Assembly (NCBI GenBank): GCA_964016885.1
Contig: OZ024743.1
Coordinates: 930,001 to 994,000 of the forward strand
DNA: 64,000 nucleotides
Direction: 5' to 3'
From: Eledone cirrhosa
Lineage: Eukaryota
A model generated the notes under the pieces. The model did no database searches. It was not told the origin of the DNA and saw only the letters and a list, made by a program, of their open reading frames with translations. The position numbers and the translations under genes are program-made. Of the stretch, positions 40,301 to 54,824 are shown in pieces (positions within the stretch are counted from its first letter, which is position 1; the number at the start of each line of letters is the position of its first letter).

Positions 40301-41035
40301 TACATTCCGATTCATATGTCTCTAGCATTAATCTGTTATATGAAGTGTTATTTTGCGGGTGGTTATTTGCAAGAAGCCGATTGAAAATTCCCCAGATAAG
40401 CTGTATGTCAATATGGAACGCTCCACTGCAGTGTTGTCATATAGGGAGTGAAGAGCGACAGAGAGAGTAAAGCAGTTAAATTATAGAGAGGGGGAATATA
40501 CGGAACACTCCATTTGATCATATACATTGTTTCTCTCTCTGCAGTGTTGTCATATAGGGAGTGAAGAGCGACAGAGAGTTTGTTGTTTTATAAATTCATC
40601 TGTTGCTTTTGAATATTTGTTATTTGATGTAAAATGTAACGTTGAGAGAGCAGTATGTATTTACTGTTATCGGCTTTTTAAATTTTCATATTTGATGTAT
40701 GAGTGTCGTTATGACTGTTTGTTGTTGTATAAAATGATGTGTTGCTTAGTTATCAAAGTTTTTTTCGTGTTCCCGAACGAATAGGGGGAATGATCTATCA
40801 TATACAGAGAGAAGAGCGACGGATAGAGTGAAGCTAGTGTTAAATCTCGAAGCATGAAGAGAGTAAAGCAGTTAAATTATAAAGAGGGGGAATAATCTAT
40901 TGTAGAGAGCGGGAAGAGCGACGGAAAGAGTAAAGCTATGGTTGTTGTGTTGCTTAGGTTTCAAAGTTTGTGTCGCGTTCCTTCAAAATAATTTTGTCGT
41001 TGTTCAATTGTGATAGAGTAGTAGACGGAGGCAGT

Positions 41036-41165
41036 AACCTTTTAAAGAGAGTTTCAGAGGAGATTGAGGGGGGAGTAGAGAGAGTGATGAACCTTTTAAA
41101 GAGAGTTGCAGAGGAGATTGAGAGTGGAGTAGAGGAAAGGATGAACCTTTTAAAGAGAGTTGCAA
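41036..41165. repeat. ~54-bp tandem repeat (about 2.4 copies) inside the Helitron 5' region
   Basis: AACCTTTTAAAGAGAGTTKCA recurs three times. Confidence 0.85.
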
Positions 41166-41409
41166 CATATATGTAGTTTCATATATAGTTGATGGTAGTA
41201 GTGAAAGGAATGAAGCGTGTAAGAGAGAGGGTTACAGCATGTATTTAGTTTTATCGATTTTTTTTTCATAGAAGCAGGAAATATATGGCAAAAATAATTA
41301 TGCTTTGACCTGCCCTGGTAAATTTGGAGCACATTGATAAAAAATTCGTCAAAATCGGTCGAGAAATGTGGAATTGCATAAAACTCATACACACAGACAG
41401 ACATCTACC

Positions 41410-41470
<61 letters not shown>

Positions 41471-41589
41471 TAAAATAACAGATTAAAGTTTAAGCAAAGA
41501 ATCGCTGCTTTCACCCTTAACGGGATCTTCTGAAACTAACAAAGTCAATCTGTAAACGCAGAACTGGATATTTCAAAAAACGTTGCAAC

Positions 41590-41682
<93 letters not shown>

Positions 41683-42942
41683 AATAAATATATAGACAGA
41701 TAGATAGAAGAAAGTAATGATAAACAGAAAAGTATTTAATTTGCTAAAGAAATGTAGATTTGCAAAACTATACAACATTTTCAACAAGATTTTTCGGTGA
41801 TGCATTACGATAACAGCTTGAGCCTAAACACAATGTAATGTGTCTGGAAATGAAAATATTTAAAGATAATGCATAATTTATGATACATGAATATATTGTA
41901 TAATAATGTTTATATAGTTGAATATGATATAATGACCGAGGAAGATAGATATGGGAAGATAACGCATATAACTATACGGCGGTGTTCCAGCATCAATGGA
42001 GGGGACCCAGCATGGCCTCAACCTGTCGGCTAGAACACGTAATAGAGTAATAGGGTAATTTATTTTCTGCCGCAATGCTTTCATAGTCATGTTGCAAACA
42101 ATATATATAGTCCCATATAGATAGATATATGTACGTATATGTACACATACTTGTGCGTACATATGTGTGTGTACATATGTGTGTTTGTTTATATATTGAA
42201 AGTCTAGTAGTGCATGCTGCATAAGGATTATCATTGAGAAAAACTTTCCCTTTATTCATCTATGGAGACATTAGAATTGTTTTATTTCTCCCGATTCTAC
42301 ACAAATCTCACGCTTGGTGTTGCTCGATTAAATTTCACGTTTGTACAAGTTCTTATAACTCACAGGTAGGTGACTTTAGGCCCTAAACCCAAATGTCAGT
42401 TCCTCGTAGATCATGTCTTTTGGAATACAACAATCCACCATGTGACACATTGTCAATCAATGATATGTATGACTGTGTGGTATAAGAAGTTGATAAGCAT
42501 ATGGTCTTTGCTCTGTTCGCAGTGAGTGGTATATTGGTCAAGTCTCCATTACCAATCTGTGATTGGCATTTGGTGACGGGAGATTAGTATAATCATATAT
42601 AAGTGAATGTGTGTGTTTGTGCGCGTGTATATGTATTTATAATAAATATACATTGTATAATAAAATGCCCTGTTCGGAAGCACATGGAAACATCTGATTT
42701 GAACGTACGCAGCTAATAAAGCAATACATAGGCATGCACGCAAATACATATTAAACACAAACATGACGTCTTTGATGAAAACGAATACAGAAAGACACGG
42801 CCACCGCTTCCCAACACGCACCCTCCGCACTTTAACGACCTGTATATTAGTGCATATCATTAGGTGAGAGAGTACATTCAACATTAAGATCTAAAAGTGA
42901 TATATACACGAATACATACATACACACACACACACATATGTA

Positions 42943-43015
<73 letters not shown>

Positions 43016-43018
<3 letters not shown>

Positions 43019-43169
43019 CACTGATGAGGGACTCATTTTATAACATGTTATCCATGTGCAACCATGCAGTATTCTTCTCCCCCATATTTTTTTTTAAATA
43101 TGGGGGAGAAGAATACTGCATGGTTGCACATGGATAACATGTTATAAAATGAGTCCCTCATCAGTGATT
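43016..43169. repeat. Inverted repeat (~70-bp arms) of a dispersed (TA)n-associated element; single copy at ~26500-26605
   Basis: Reverse-complementary arms around a T/A-rich centre. Confidence 0.92.
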
Positions 43170-43903
43170 TGCCAACGATCATTGGTATTTCATCGCATAG
43201 ATATAGATGTAGATATAGATTTCGATAGAAATAGGGAGACAAAAAGACAGAGAGATGAGAAGGGGGAGGCAAACCATGTATAGCCGAGCGAGGCGGGCGA
43301 TGGGTATTCTTTTGGTATAACTGATCTTCTCGTAAATATAGGAAGCTTTACCTCTGACAGCATATTTATAGAATTTTATGTGCTTTGCAATGTCGCTCTC
43401 TTGTGTAATATTTCATGCCTTTCTACCACGATCCATACTTGGTAAATTACTTCTGTTCGATTGTCAATGGAGTAGGTTTTCTCTTCATATACATATTAAG
43501 AGCTACAAACTCGACTATTTGTAACAGGTTTGTGTAAAGTCCTAGGATGAACAAAAACAACACAGTTTTTTATGCTTAAAATTCTTCAGCGTGTTATTCA
43601 TTTTCATGTGTTAAATATAAGCAATACTGAAACAGATTAAGATCAAACTAACCAACATAGTGTTGATAGTGTTGATAACTCCAAAGAATAGTGGCAAACA
43701 TCGCACTAGTTGCGGAAACACATTTCGTGATGGAGTCGATGTGACTCGTCATGACATACAGTGTCACATGGCTATTTGGGAATTTCAAACTTGGCGGACC
43801 ACATCCGATTTCTTTCAGATAAATGAAGCAGGGAGTGAGAGAGCATGAGAAAGGGGGGAGATATGTGTGAGAGAGAGAGTGCATGTGTGCAAGAGAGAGA
43901 GTG

Positions 43904-43943
<40 letters not shown>

Positions 43944-44901
43944 TGAGAGAGAGGGATAGAGAATGTGTGAGAGAGTGTGTATGTGTGTGTGTGTGTGTTA
44001 GAGAGAGTGTATGTGTGTGAGAGGGAGAGCGAAAAGAGAGAGAGATTTACTTTCAGTATTGGGTAGGTACTTTCTTTATCGACACCGGAAGAATGAAAGG
44101 TAAAGTAAAGCTCGGTGAGATTTGACCTCGGAGCGTAGAGAGTCGCAATAGACAATACAAAGCATCTTATCCAATGTCCCAACAATTCTGCTAACTCGCC
44201 GCTCTTCCTTTCGGTTTTATCATCAGTCAATTAAATAATTATGTTAATGAATTAATTAATCGTTTAATTAACTATCAGACCGTGACAAGAAACCTAAATT
44301 ATCAATCATTCAATTAAATTACTGGTTAATAAAATATTTATGTAATTGATTGATAATAAAATCTAAGTGGAATACAACCAGTGCCTATGTTAATATACGT
44401 TCCAACATAGATAATCACACCAAGAAGATTGTAAAACAAATAAAAGATCGAAATACACACATAAAAAGACACATATATACACACAAACATCACACACACA
44501 CACACATACATATCTCCATTTCCTCCAAGCGTGAACCTAATATAACTGTATTTTTGCATCCCTATGTTTGTTTTGTTTCCTATATGTATATATATATATA
44601 TACGCGTATATATATATATATATATAGTAAGGGTTTTTAAAATACCATATATACAGCCGTGTATGTGTGCGTATATATGGATGGGAATCAGAGGTTGTGG
44701 GTATATATGGGCCTGTGTCTGGCGACGTTCTTTTGAACCACTCTTATCAACAATATCTAAATATAGCTGCCATTTTCTTCACACACATACACGCACACAC
44801 ACAGTTACCGCATGTGCTGAAGAACTTTTATTGATCTGCGGAAGCCCCTTGGTAAAGCGAAATACTTCTGTTGTTAAACATCATTATAATATAATTATAA
44901 T

Positions 44902-45030
44902 AGGGCGGTGAATTGGCAGTATCGGTAGAGGGTTGGACGCCATGCTTTCAAGCATAGTTACGTCCCTTTACAGTTTGAGTCCAAATCCCGTCGAGGTAAA
45001 TGCTGGCCTTGTGTCAAAAGTAGGAACAAT
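44902..45030 (+). mobile_element. tRNA-SINE, internally deleted
   Basis: Matches 27358-27540 but lacks the central domain. Confidence 0.8.
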
Positions 45031-45996
45031 TATAATATAATCATTTCTTACATAGGTAAAATAGCTGAAATTTTAGTGAGAGGGAGCATTTGATCCTATC
45101 AAACACAGCACCTATATTTGAACCCGGTAACGTCAAAGTCTGTAAATACGGCAAGGCAATAATATCCTCTAGGTTCATCTACTTGGCTAATGGTGGAATG
45201 CCAGCATCCTGAATAAATTCTACTTCATTTACATCCAAAATTTCTATTCAGAAATCCTTTAAAAACGTGAATGGTACAAAGAGCAGCAATATAGTTTCCA
45301 ATGTTTGAATAAACCCTGCGACATGTATCGACGGATTTTGTCTCAGATTTATATATTAACACTGAAAACCAGACATCCACCCCCAACACACACATTCTCA
45401 CACACAAACATACGCGCGCAAATATATATATATATATACGCTCACAAACATGCTCACGCACATCAAAATTGTGGAACTTATATTCAATTACATGCTCTTA
45501 CAAACACAAATAAATAAACATACTAACATACAGATAAATACATATATACACAAGAAAGAAAAAGCCAAGCCAGAAATCTGTATTTGCACTTAGTGAACCT
45601 GACTGAAACAACCAATTAATATATTCCCAAAGGAATGTGTTCAGCGTCTATTACAATCATGGAAGCATGACGGAATACACGACAAGGCTTACTTACTATG
45701 TGTATATGCAAACTTCCGTCAATTATACTATATACCACTGTTATCGCACCACTAAATGAAAGAACGAAAATAACAGGATAACTTAAAACTTGGACAAACA
45801 ATATAGCCACTCACATCAGACACACACAGACACACAGACACACACACACACACACACACTATATATATATATATATATATATATAGGAACCAGTAAGCTA
45901 TTACCACACCAGTAAGCTATTACCCACTCTACTACCTCAAGTATTGAGTACTTTGGTGCGTTATGGTCCACCTGGTTCCTTACCACATTTCCTTCG

Positions 45997-46058
<62 letters not shown>

Positions 46059-46429
46059 GAGGGGAAGTTAAACATTATCCACACTCTTATTTCTGTAATT
46101 TATTAAATCAAAAGCAGGGGTTCAGCAAATACATCATTTTTCAACATATTTTGAGTTTTGAATTTCTTTTTCAATGGCGATACTGGGTTTCCATTCACTA
46201 CACAGTGTTTTCAGAAAATTGTCATAACGTGAAAATTGTATACTTGTTATAAACGATATACCTTATATATAATCGAAAGACATCTGTAAGACTGGATTTA
46301 TCTGTAGTTGTGGTTGCATTTATATTATATGTAGGGGTCTAAGTTTCTCCATCATTCTGTCTCCCTCTGTCTCTCTCTTGTTTTGCCACTGCGCCAGTAT
46401 TGTTGTTGTTGTTGTCATGTTAATGTTAC

Positions 46430-47535
46430 TGCCGCTGTTGAACAGCGTAGATTTCCCTCTCCAGGTGCCGAGCTGCAAACCCACCAGCTTTCCCGAATTG
46501 ATCTTTGCCCCCAACATCTCCAGCTTCCGCAGTAATAACTCAGGGGTCAGTACGTACAAAAGTGACGAGCAAGGGTATCCTTGATGGTCTGAGGGCTTGA
46601 TCCTGAACAGTTCAGATAGGTGGCCGTCGACGTTGTTCATCGAGTATAGATGCTGGTGTGCGTTGCAGAGATCCAGCCTCTGAAGACGGGACTGAAGGAG
46701 ACTGCCTTGAGTACAGCTTCCAGGTATCGATGATCGACCCTATTGAAAGCTTTCGATTGGTCCAAATTGATCGGAGGCCCACCGAAGCCAGGTTTACACA
46801 CCTCCCTCTTTATGATGTATCGCATGAAGTGAATGATGTCATGCATGGACCTTTTCGGGATTGTGCCCGGTTGAGCCTTCTCTAGCAGGATTTGAATTTG
46901 TTCTTGTTGCAGATATCGGTTGTTTTCGTTTGGATTCTTGTTGGTGTTTGTGGTGGTGTTGATGATGGGGGCTTTGACTTTTTGTTATTTCTTTTTTCTG
47001 ATTGTACAATTGTATGATGTCGGAGGGGAGGGGGGGGGTATGTATTCGACTGACATTGGTGTTGAAGTTGGTGTTGGAGGTGGGGTTTTGGTTGTTGCCG
47101 TTGTTGATGATGGTGGGGGTTTGGTTGTTGCCGTTGTTGATGATGTTGCTGGTTTTGTTTTTGTTGCAAGGTTTAGTTGCTCCAAGCGTGGGAAAGAGAA
47201 GAGGCCTCGTTCCTGCCTTTAGTTTGGGGAGCTGAATTCCTTTGGGTAGTTTTCCTCCCCACCAATGTGGCACCTTGACCTTCTATGCTCGACTTTCACG
47301 GGTGGATGGGTGTTTTCGTCAAGGTTTATCACATCAGGGATGGCCTCGATATTTTCCTGGTTCGTTTGGACTAGCAGTTCCATCCTCGACACTTTCCAGT
47401 TTTCTCTGGATTGGTTCCCCTTTTTACCAGTACACCACTTGGCGTTCAAGACAATACGATGCCCCGCCACCTGCACCACTCCACCCCCCAAAAAATCGGG
47501 CTTCCATCGATTAATAGGAACTGGAAATCCACACA
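46430..47535 (-). pseudogene. Internally deleted, decayed relative of the Tx1-like family (ORF1 fragment joined to RT fragments)
   Basis: ELLVQTNQENIEAIPDVINLD (ORF1); HFMRYII...GFGGP.INLDQSKAFNRVDHRYL, QGYP.SSLLYVLT.ELLLRKLE and GLQLGTWRGK (ORF2). Confidence 0.88.
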
Positions 47536-47641
47536 CGATGATGACGAGGAGACGGATGATGATGATGAGGAGGTGGTGGTTGATGACAATAATAGCAACA
47601 ACAACACAATAACAATAATAACAACAATAATGATAATAATA

Positions 47642-47826
47642 ATTGTTTCTACTTTAGGCACAAGGCCAGCAATTACCCAGTACATTTCTGGTACTTTATT
47701 TTATCGACCCCGTAATGATGAAAGGCAAAGTTAACCTCGGCGGGATTTGAACTCAGACTGTAAAGGGACGTAACTATGCTAGAAAGCATGGCGTCCGACC
47801 CTCTACCGATACTGCCAATTCACCGC
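47642..47826 (-). mobile_element. tRNA-SINE (Nin/Deu-like)
   Basis: Full-length match to the family, with an (AAT)n-type tail. Confidence 0.88.
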
Positions 47827-47882
47827 GCTTTATAATAATGATAATAATAATTATGTTGATTGTGATAATAATATTAATAATA

Positions 47883-48071
47883 ATTGTTTCTACTTTTGGC
47901 ACAAGGTCAGCAATTACCCAGTACATTACTGGTACTTTATTTTATCGACCCCGTAAGGATGAAAGGCAAAGTAAACCTCGGCGGGATTTGAACTCAGAAT
48001 GGCAAGGGCCGTAACTCTATGCGTCAAAGCATGGCGTCCGACCCTCTACCGATGTTGCCAATCCACCGCCC
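47883..48071 (-). mobile_element. tRNA-SINE (Nin/Deu-like), tandem to the previous copy
   Basis: Full-length match to the family. Confidence 0.88.
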
Positions 48072-48539
48072 TGTGATAATAATATTAATAATAATAAAGG
48101 TCACCAATATCAGGAATATCACAAGATCTAGGATATTTATATAAACCTCGATTAGATGTTAGATTATATAAATATTAATCTGTTACCAATTAAATACAAC
48201 TAGCTATCTTGCTTGAGTGAATATAAAATCTTTATGAGAACTATCTCTAAAATAATTAATAAAGTATACACTCATAATGGCATGACTTCCAATTTAGATA
48301 TCCTTTATCACTGATATATTCATCACATTGTATATAAAATCACGGTTATACACTCACATATACACATACGTTCATGTACTTAATGACTTTGTGGCTAGAA
48401 GCATATTTCGCAAATATGTGATTCTAAGTTCGAGACAAATGGAGTAAGCGTCTTCAATATAACGTCGGCTTGATCAATAAATGTTGAGTGCTGTTTCCTA
48501 GACTGAGTTTGAGAGAAGTCGACTCAGACACACACACAC

Positions 48540-48599
<60 letters not shown>

Positions 48600-48634
48600 T
48601 ATATGTATATAATTTCTAGAATGATTTCTAGTAT

Positions 48635-48828
48635 ATGCACAAGGCCAGTAATTTGCGGGGAGAGGGAGATCGATTAAATCAACCCCACTGTATTACTGGT
48701 GCTTTATTTTATCGACTCCGTAAAGATGAAAGGCAAAGTTAACCTCGGCGGGATTTAAACCCAGAACGTAAAGGGCCATAACTCTTTGCTGCAGAACATA
48801 GTGTCTGGCGTTCTACCGAAACTGGCAA
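48635..48828 (-). mobile_element. tRNA-SINE (related subfamily)
   Basis: Shares GATGAAAGGCAAAGTTAACCTCGGCGGGATTT. Confidence 0.8.
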
Positions 48829-48982
48829 ACGTAATAATAATTAGGGAACAAAAAATCAGTATTGCATACATATTTAATTACATATTACATATTACATGGC
48901 GATCAGCCCGAGGAAGGATCGATTATGTTCGTTCCTGACTCTCGAATGAAAAGCTTCTCAGTTATGTGTTCTCATACGTAGA

Positions 48983-49059
<77 letters not shown>

Positions 49060-49126
49060 CCTCACATCTCGGAGGTTGTTTTTTGTTATTTTGTGGGCCG
49101 AAATGCGAATCTCGATAATTTATGTT

Positions 49127-49181
<55 letters not shown>

Positions 49182-50049
49182 TAAATGGTTGAATTAAGAG
49201 AGTGAACGTGATATCATATAAGCAAAATTTGCCAAATTTGATTAAGAAAGCGATTTTAAACCGGCTTTCTTACATACCGATGTATTTCCAGGATGATGGT
49301 GGTGTTGATTCAATGTAGAGAGATCGGCTTCGTATATTATTGTTGAAGACCCATATATTGTGTGGCTCTGTTATTTATGCAGGACGTCTGATTTCATGTC
49401 TATGGCACAGGTGTATAATATTTTCACCATATGACGGTTAAAGATCTGGTGGTATTCGCGTCCTAACGGGAAGTGTTAAAACCTCCCTTTCCGACATTAG
49501 TGTTGGCATTTAACAAGAAGGGAAGAGCGAACCAGATTTTTGTTTTATTTCTCCGCATTTCTTTTACCAATTAGTATTTCTCGGCGAAGCCGCTATTGCG
49601 TAAGGCTGTATTATATTGGCAAATAACCGTATCGAAAATGGTTACGTTAGAAGAGAGGGTAGATATATGCTTACTGATATTCTTATCTAAATTATTGAAG
49701 ACTATTTGGTGGGAGATGACAGGAGTTCATTTTCATCGGCCGAGGTGTAACAAGTTGGGCCTCAGGGCTAACGAAACGCCGTTGTATTAACTGGCGTTAG
49801 TTATAATCAAACTTGCTCTACGGACTTGAGTTGCCCTACACCTTGTATATTTATACTTTTGTGGAGGTTTTTGACATTATTTCTCACTTCTGGATTCTGT
49901 AATAATTGTTTCCACTTTTGGTACAAGGCCAGCAGTTATTCCAGTACATTAATGGTACTTTATTTTATCGACCCTGTATTAGCGATGAATAAAATAGCAG
50001 AATAACAATCGGGTACATTAATCCTACCATGATAAAAGCTAGCTTACAA

Positions 50050-51400
50050 ATCTGAACAAATAATGAACTATGAAGACGAAACTGATCTCCATCACATTTA
50101 AAATCCCTGAAGAATGTTCTCTCTTGAATATTTTTCTCTGTGGTGCTAACATCATTAATCTAATCTCTAAACAAGACTAGATAATGATGAAAGTTGTATA
50201 TATAAAAGAACGAAACACCCTGTTACATACAGTGAATACACTGCGTAAAAAAATATTGGCAGGGAATTGGGTTAGGGAAAATGCGCTATGTCAATTTTGA
50301 AGCCAGAAAAACTAATGAAAACCAGGAATATTAAATTAGCTAAAGAATAAAAGATAAGAGAATTAAACAAAAAACAGACATACAATGTCTAAGGATTTAA
50401 TTAACCAGAACGTTTATAACAAATACAAATAAAAGAAAGCAGTAGTTATATTCTTAAATCGCTAAAGGCAATAAGGCAATAGGTGTAAATATTCCAGCTA
50501 TTCCAGTAATAAGTTGAAGTTATATTCTCAACAAGAATTAAGCAAATTAGTAAAACTACATAGGAAAACATGAAAAATAATGATCCCTTTAGAGTACCAC
50601 CCAAATGTAAATACTGTGAGGTAGGAGCCTTTTTCAACTAAAAAACTATTCTAAAATATTTACTGTAGCAAGTAAAGAATAAAGGAAACCAATACAAATA
50701 ACAATAAAACAGGAAAGCAACAAAAAATACTTTTCATCTTTATGGAAGCCAGTGAACATAAAACAGAGGCTGCGATTACAGACAGCTGTTAAGAAAGCAA
50801 AGAAAAAATACCATGAAATATGCCTGAATAAAACTAAAAACTAAATTGAAAATGGAACTACGAAGCGCTATGATTAGACATTGGCAGGAAAAGCTCTAGC
50901 ATTGCTGTTAGTTGAAACGCAAAGACATGGCAGATAACCTAAAAGAAATTACTCAACACTTGCTGAGAATCATTGGACTCACACTTTGAACCAAACGTTT
51001 GGATTCTTTTACGACAGAATTCAAAACTCATCCCACAAAAGTCTGCCAAGTACACAATGTAGTAGAGTACGGAATTGCAGGATACATTTTGCGTTTGTAG
51101 AAAGAATTTACCAAGACATAATTGGATGTTTTATACGACTGAAACTATGATAACATGAGCAAAATATATGAATAGAATAAACACCACAGAACATCACAGG
51201 TAATGACAATGTAATCACATTCAAGGGCATACGGACACGAGAATTAACATAATTTGTCAAGATATATTTACCGAATGCCATCCGGAAAGAAAATATCCTA
51301 AGTGATATACTGATCCCAAACGAAAAACAAAACATCTCTGAAAGATAGAAATAGTTTAGGTGTAAATGCCTTTAAAATAGAGAGAGCAAACTATGAATAT
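50050..51400 (+). pseudogene. Possible highly decayed RLE-type LINE remnant
   Basis: A-rich strand bias and faint similarity to R4/Dong C-terminal motifs (DILIP...NIS). No long ORF. Confidence 0.25.
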
Positions 51401-51425
51401 CAAAAACAGAAACAACAATCATGAT

Positions 51426-51640
51426 GGTTTCTGATTTAGGCACAAGGCCAACAATTTTAGGGGTGGGAAAGTCGATTGATTCGACCCTAGTGCATTACTG
51501 GTGCTTTATTTTATCGACCACGGAAAGATGAAAGGTAAAGTTAACCTCGACGGGATTTGAACTCAGACCGTAAAGGGCCATAACTCTATGCTACAAAGCA
51601 TGGTGTCCGACACTTTACCGATTGTGCCAATCCACGGCCC
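51426..51640 (-). mobile_element. tRNA-SINE
   Basis: Family match including the B box and Nin/Deu-like core. Confidence 0.85.
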
Positions 51641-52184
51641 TCGAAACAACAATCTTAATGATAGTTGTTATTGGAACAATAAAGGAAGATGCAAATAAAT
51701 ATATGATAAAAGCTTTTTATGTGTACACATCTCTAATAGACAGATGCTTACACATACACAGCACTCGATAGATAACAGAGTACTTGGCGAATATTTTGCA
51801 GATAAGAATTACAAATTAAAAACCTATAAAATAAATCAGTTTAGGTACCCAAATCACATAAGGCTGAGCTGGTTTGTATCAATAAATTATGCAATAATAT
51901 GATTACTGAAAACATAATAATGTGGAATTTCCCTGTCATTAATAAACATGTTCTACATTCTGCGCTAACATTCTCATTATCGCCTAATCTGAATTGTATC
52001 TCTGTTGGGTCGATGATCTAAATACTAGTAAAACATTGGTGTCGATTCTGTCTGCTATCTAATTATAATCACATTTTAAAAAATAATTTAATATTAATGA
52101 CCTTTTTTAAAGTATTCCTTTTTTTTTCAAATTTACATGTTATTCTGTGTAATCGTGCACAACAACTGATAATGAAAATATGAC

Positions 52185-52600
52185 TTTCTAATTTAGGCAC
52201 AAAACCAGAAAATTTGGGAAGATAGCAAACATGATCATGCACCACAAAACATGACTTTTATGTTATTCTATCGACCCTGGATGGATAAAATACAGTATTG
52301 ATCCAACGGGATTTGAAACCAGAACATAGAGTGTCGTAACTCCATACCGCAAAACATTTTGTCTGACGCTCTAATAATTGACCCAGTCCACCGACCTTAC
52401 TACTAATAATGTTTTCACCTTTTACCAGGAAGAGTCGGTTAAATCGACTCCAGTGTGTTTTTGGTATTTTACATTATCGACCCAGTAAGGATGAAAAGCA
52501 AAGCTAACCTCGACGTGATTTGAACTCAAAACGTAAAGAGCCGCAACTATATACCGCAAAGCATGTTGTCCGGTGCTCTACTGACACTGCCAATCCACCC
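52185..52600 (-). mobile_element. Two adjacent older tRNA-SINE copies (~52185-52393 and ~52430-52600)
   Basis: Diverged family matches. Further diverged copies at ~31100-31290, ~44065-44200 and ~49903-49976. Confidence 0.75.
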
Positions 52601-53434
52601 ACCTCCTTACTACTAAAAATTATAATGAATCTCTGAATAATTATCTACCGGCTCTCTTCACACTTTTGGCTATCTATCTCAGTTTCTAGCCTCTCACTTT
52701 CTCCCCCCCCCCCCCCGCTCTCTCTAAATATATATATAGAGAGAGATAAATAGATAGATATTTAGATTATAAGATAGATAGATAGAGATAGATAGATAGA
52801 AATATAGATAGATATAGAGAGAGAGGAATTGATTGATTTTAATTAATCGATTCGTGCACTACACCCTATTTTCCAGATATCATGAAAAGTTCTAAAAACG
52901 TTTAAAAAAAAAACAATATACCCCTGCTGTAAAGAGCAAAGTAAGTATTTATTTTATATCCAAAATTTTAATATTTCAGTTTGTAAGCTAAAAGAAATCA
53001 ATTTAAGGTTTTACAGGCTATTTATATCTCAGAAGATATATTACAATACATTCAACTGTCTCTTTGTTTTACACTGTTGTCAATATTTCATATTGTATAT
53101 TGATGTGGACAATATAGATACAACCAACTACATATCTGGGTCTCACAGAGCATTCTTGATAACATCAGGCCCATTCAGAGATTAACTTGCAAATAGGATG
53201 CTGCACAGCTTCCACTAGCCTGAGAGGTAGCTTTAGACCAACGAAAGTTTAGGGCGTATTATTCCATCTAATGGGTTTTGTTCGACACATTGGTCGAACA
53301 CGGGTAAGCTCAAGAATGACCATCACCTGGAGAAGCCCAAATTAATAAATCACACAAACCCCCGGCCCAAACACACACATATATGCACACACGCGCGCTC
53401 TACTCATCAGTTTCCAAAATGTATATATATATAT

Positions 53435-53489
53435 ATGTAAGTATGTATGTATACGTACATACATATATGTATACAGACGTACAGTAGCA

Positions 53490-53565
<76 letters not shown>

Positions 53566-54101
53566 TATACACATATGCATACAGGTACACATACATATAT
53601 GCACGCATCAGTTTAGCCGACGTTTATTATAACGCCGCTTTGTTCGTTTGTTTGTCAACAAACCGAACAGCCTGAATTTATGCCATACGGTGTTAAGGCA
53701 ACCACGTCACCTTTTTGTTCAACACTGACACAGGAACGATGTACTAGTTTCAAGCTTGTTAGCTATCATCAGCACCGTTTACCCATCTGCCAGATAGTTG
53801 AACGTTCGAAAGTATATACTTTCCAGCCGTTAATTTTCATAAGGAAAGTATATACTTTCGAACGTTCAACTATCTGGCAGATGGGTAAACGGTGCTGATG
53901 ATAGCTAACAAGCTTGAAACTAGTACATCGTTCCTGTGTCAGTGTTGAACAAAAAGGTGACGTGGTTGCCTTAACACCGTATGGCATAAATTCAGGCTGT
54001 TCGGTTTATTGACAAACAAACGAACAAAGCGGCGTTATAATAAACGTCGGCTAAACTGATGCGTGCATATATGTATGTGTACCTGTATGCATATGTGTAT
54101 A

Positions 54102-54195
<94 letters not shown>

Positions 54196-54250
54196 TGCTA
54201 CTGTACGTCTGTATACATATATGTATGTACGTATACACACATACTTACAT
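53435..54250. repeat. ~815-bp palindrome (arms ~390-410 bp, 18-nt spacer 53825-53842) containing mirrored hammerheads
   Basis: Reverse-complementary arms; the ORF track shows the same peptide on both strands. Confidence 0.95.
53888..53932 (+). ncRNA. Minimal type I hammerhead ribozyme (mirror copy at 53735-53779 on the minus strand)
   Basis: AACGGTG-CTGATGA-TAGCTAACAAGCTT-GAAA-CTAG-TA-CATCGTT; 7-bp stem I and palindromic CTAG loop III. Confidence 0.8.
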
Positions 54251-54314
54251 TTAACATTTAAGTAAGTGCCATACTAAGAGTGAGAAATGAAATTTCGTTT
54301 TCATTTTTTCAACT

Positions 54315-54345
<31 letters not shown>

Positions 54346-54590
54346 GAGAGGTATAGAGATTGTTTTAGCAAGAAGCTAACGGCATTCTATAACATATATG
54401 CGACTATAACGTCAAGATGGGAAAAGTAGTTAACGAAAGATTTATATATATATATGTACCGTGTATATATATATATATATAAATATATATATACACACAC
54501 AACTATAGCCATACATGTGAGGATGTCCAGCCAATAGCAGTTTTGCTCAATGAAGGAATAAACAAAAATGAATTTATCAGAGCATATATT

Positions 54591-54756
<166 letters not shown>

Positions 54757-54824
54757 CAGGCTCATAAAAGAAAAATAACATATAAATAACCTCATACGTA
54801 CTAATAAAAAGACTCAGTACGTAT

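Larger units (their letters stand above)
37089..41420 (-). mobile_element. Decayed Helitron
   Basis: 3' CTAG (37089-37092) preceded by a GC hairpin (37101-37117); Rep/helicase fragments; the 5' end merges into (TA)n. Confidence 0.9.

Noticed and set aside
41036-41165. CRISPR-like repeat
   Set aside because: The intervening sequences are also repeated, so it is a plain tandem repeat. The context is eukaryotic and there are no cas genes.
53680-53987. Identical 72-aa ORFs on both strands
   Set aside because: A by-product of the palindrome, with no coding evidence.
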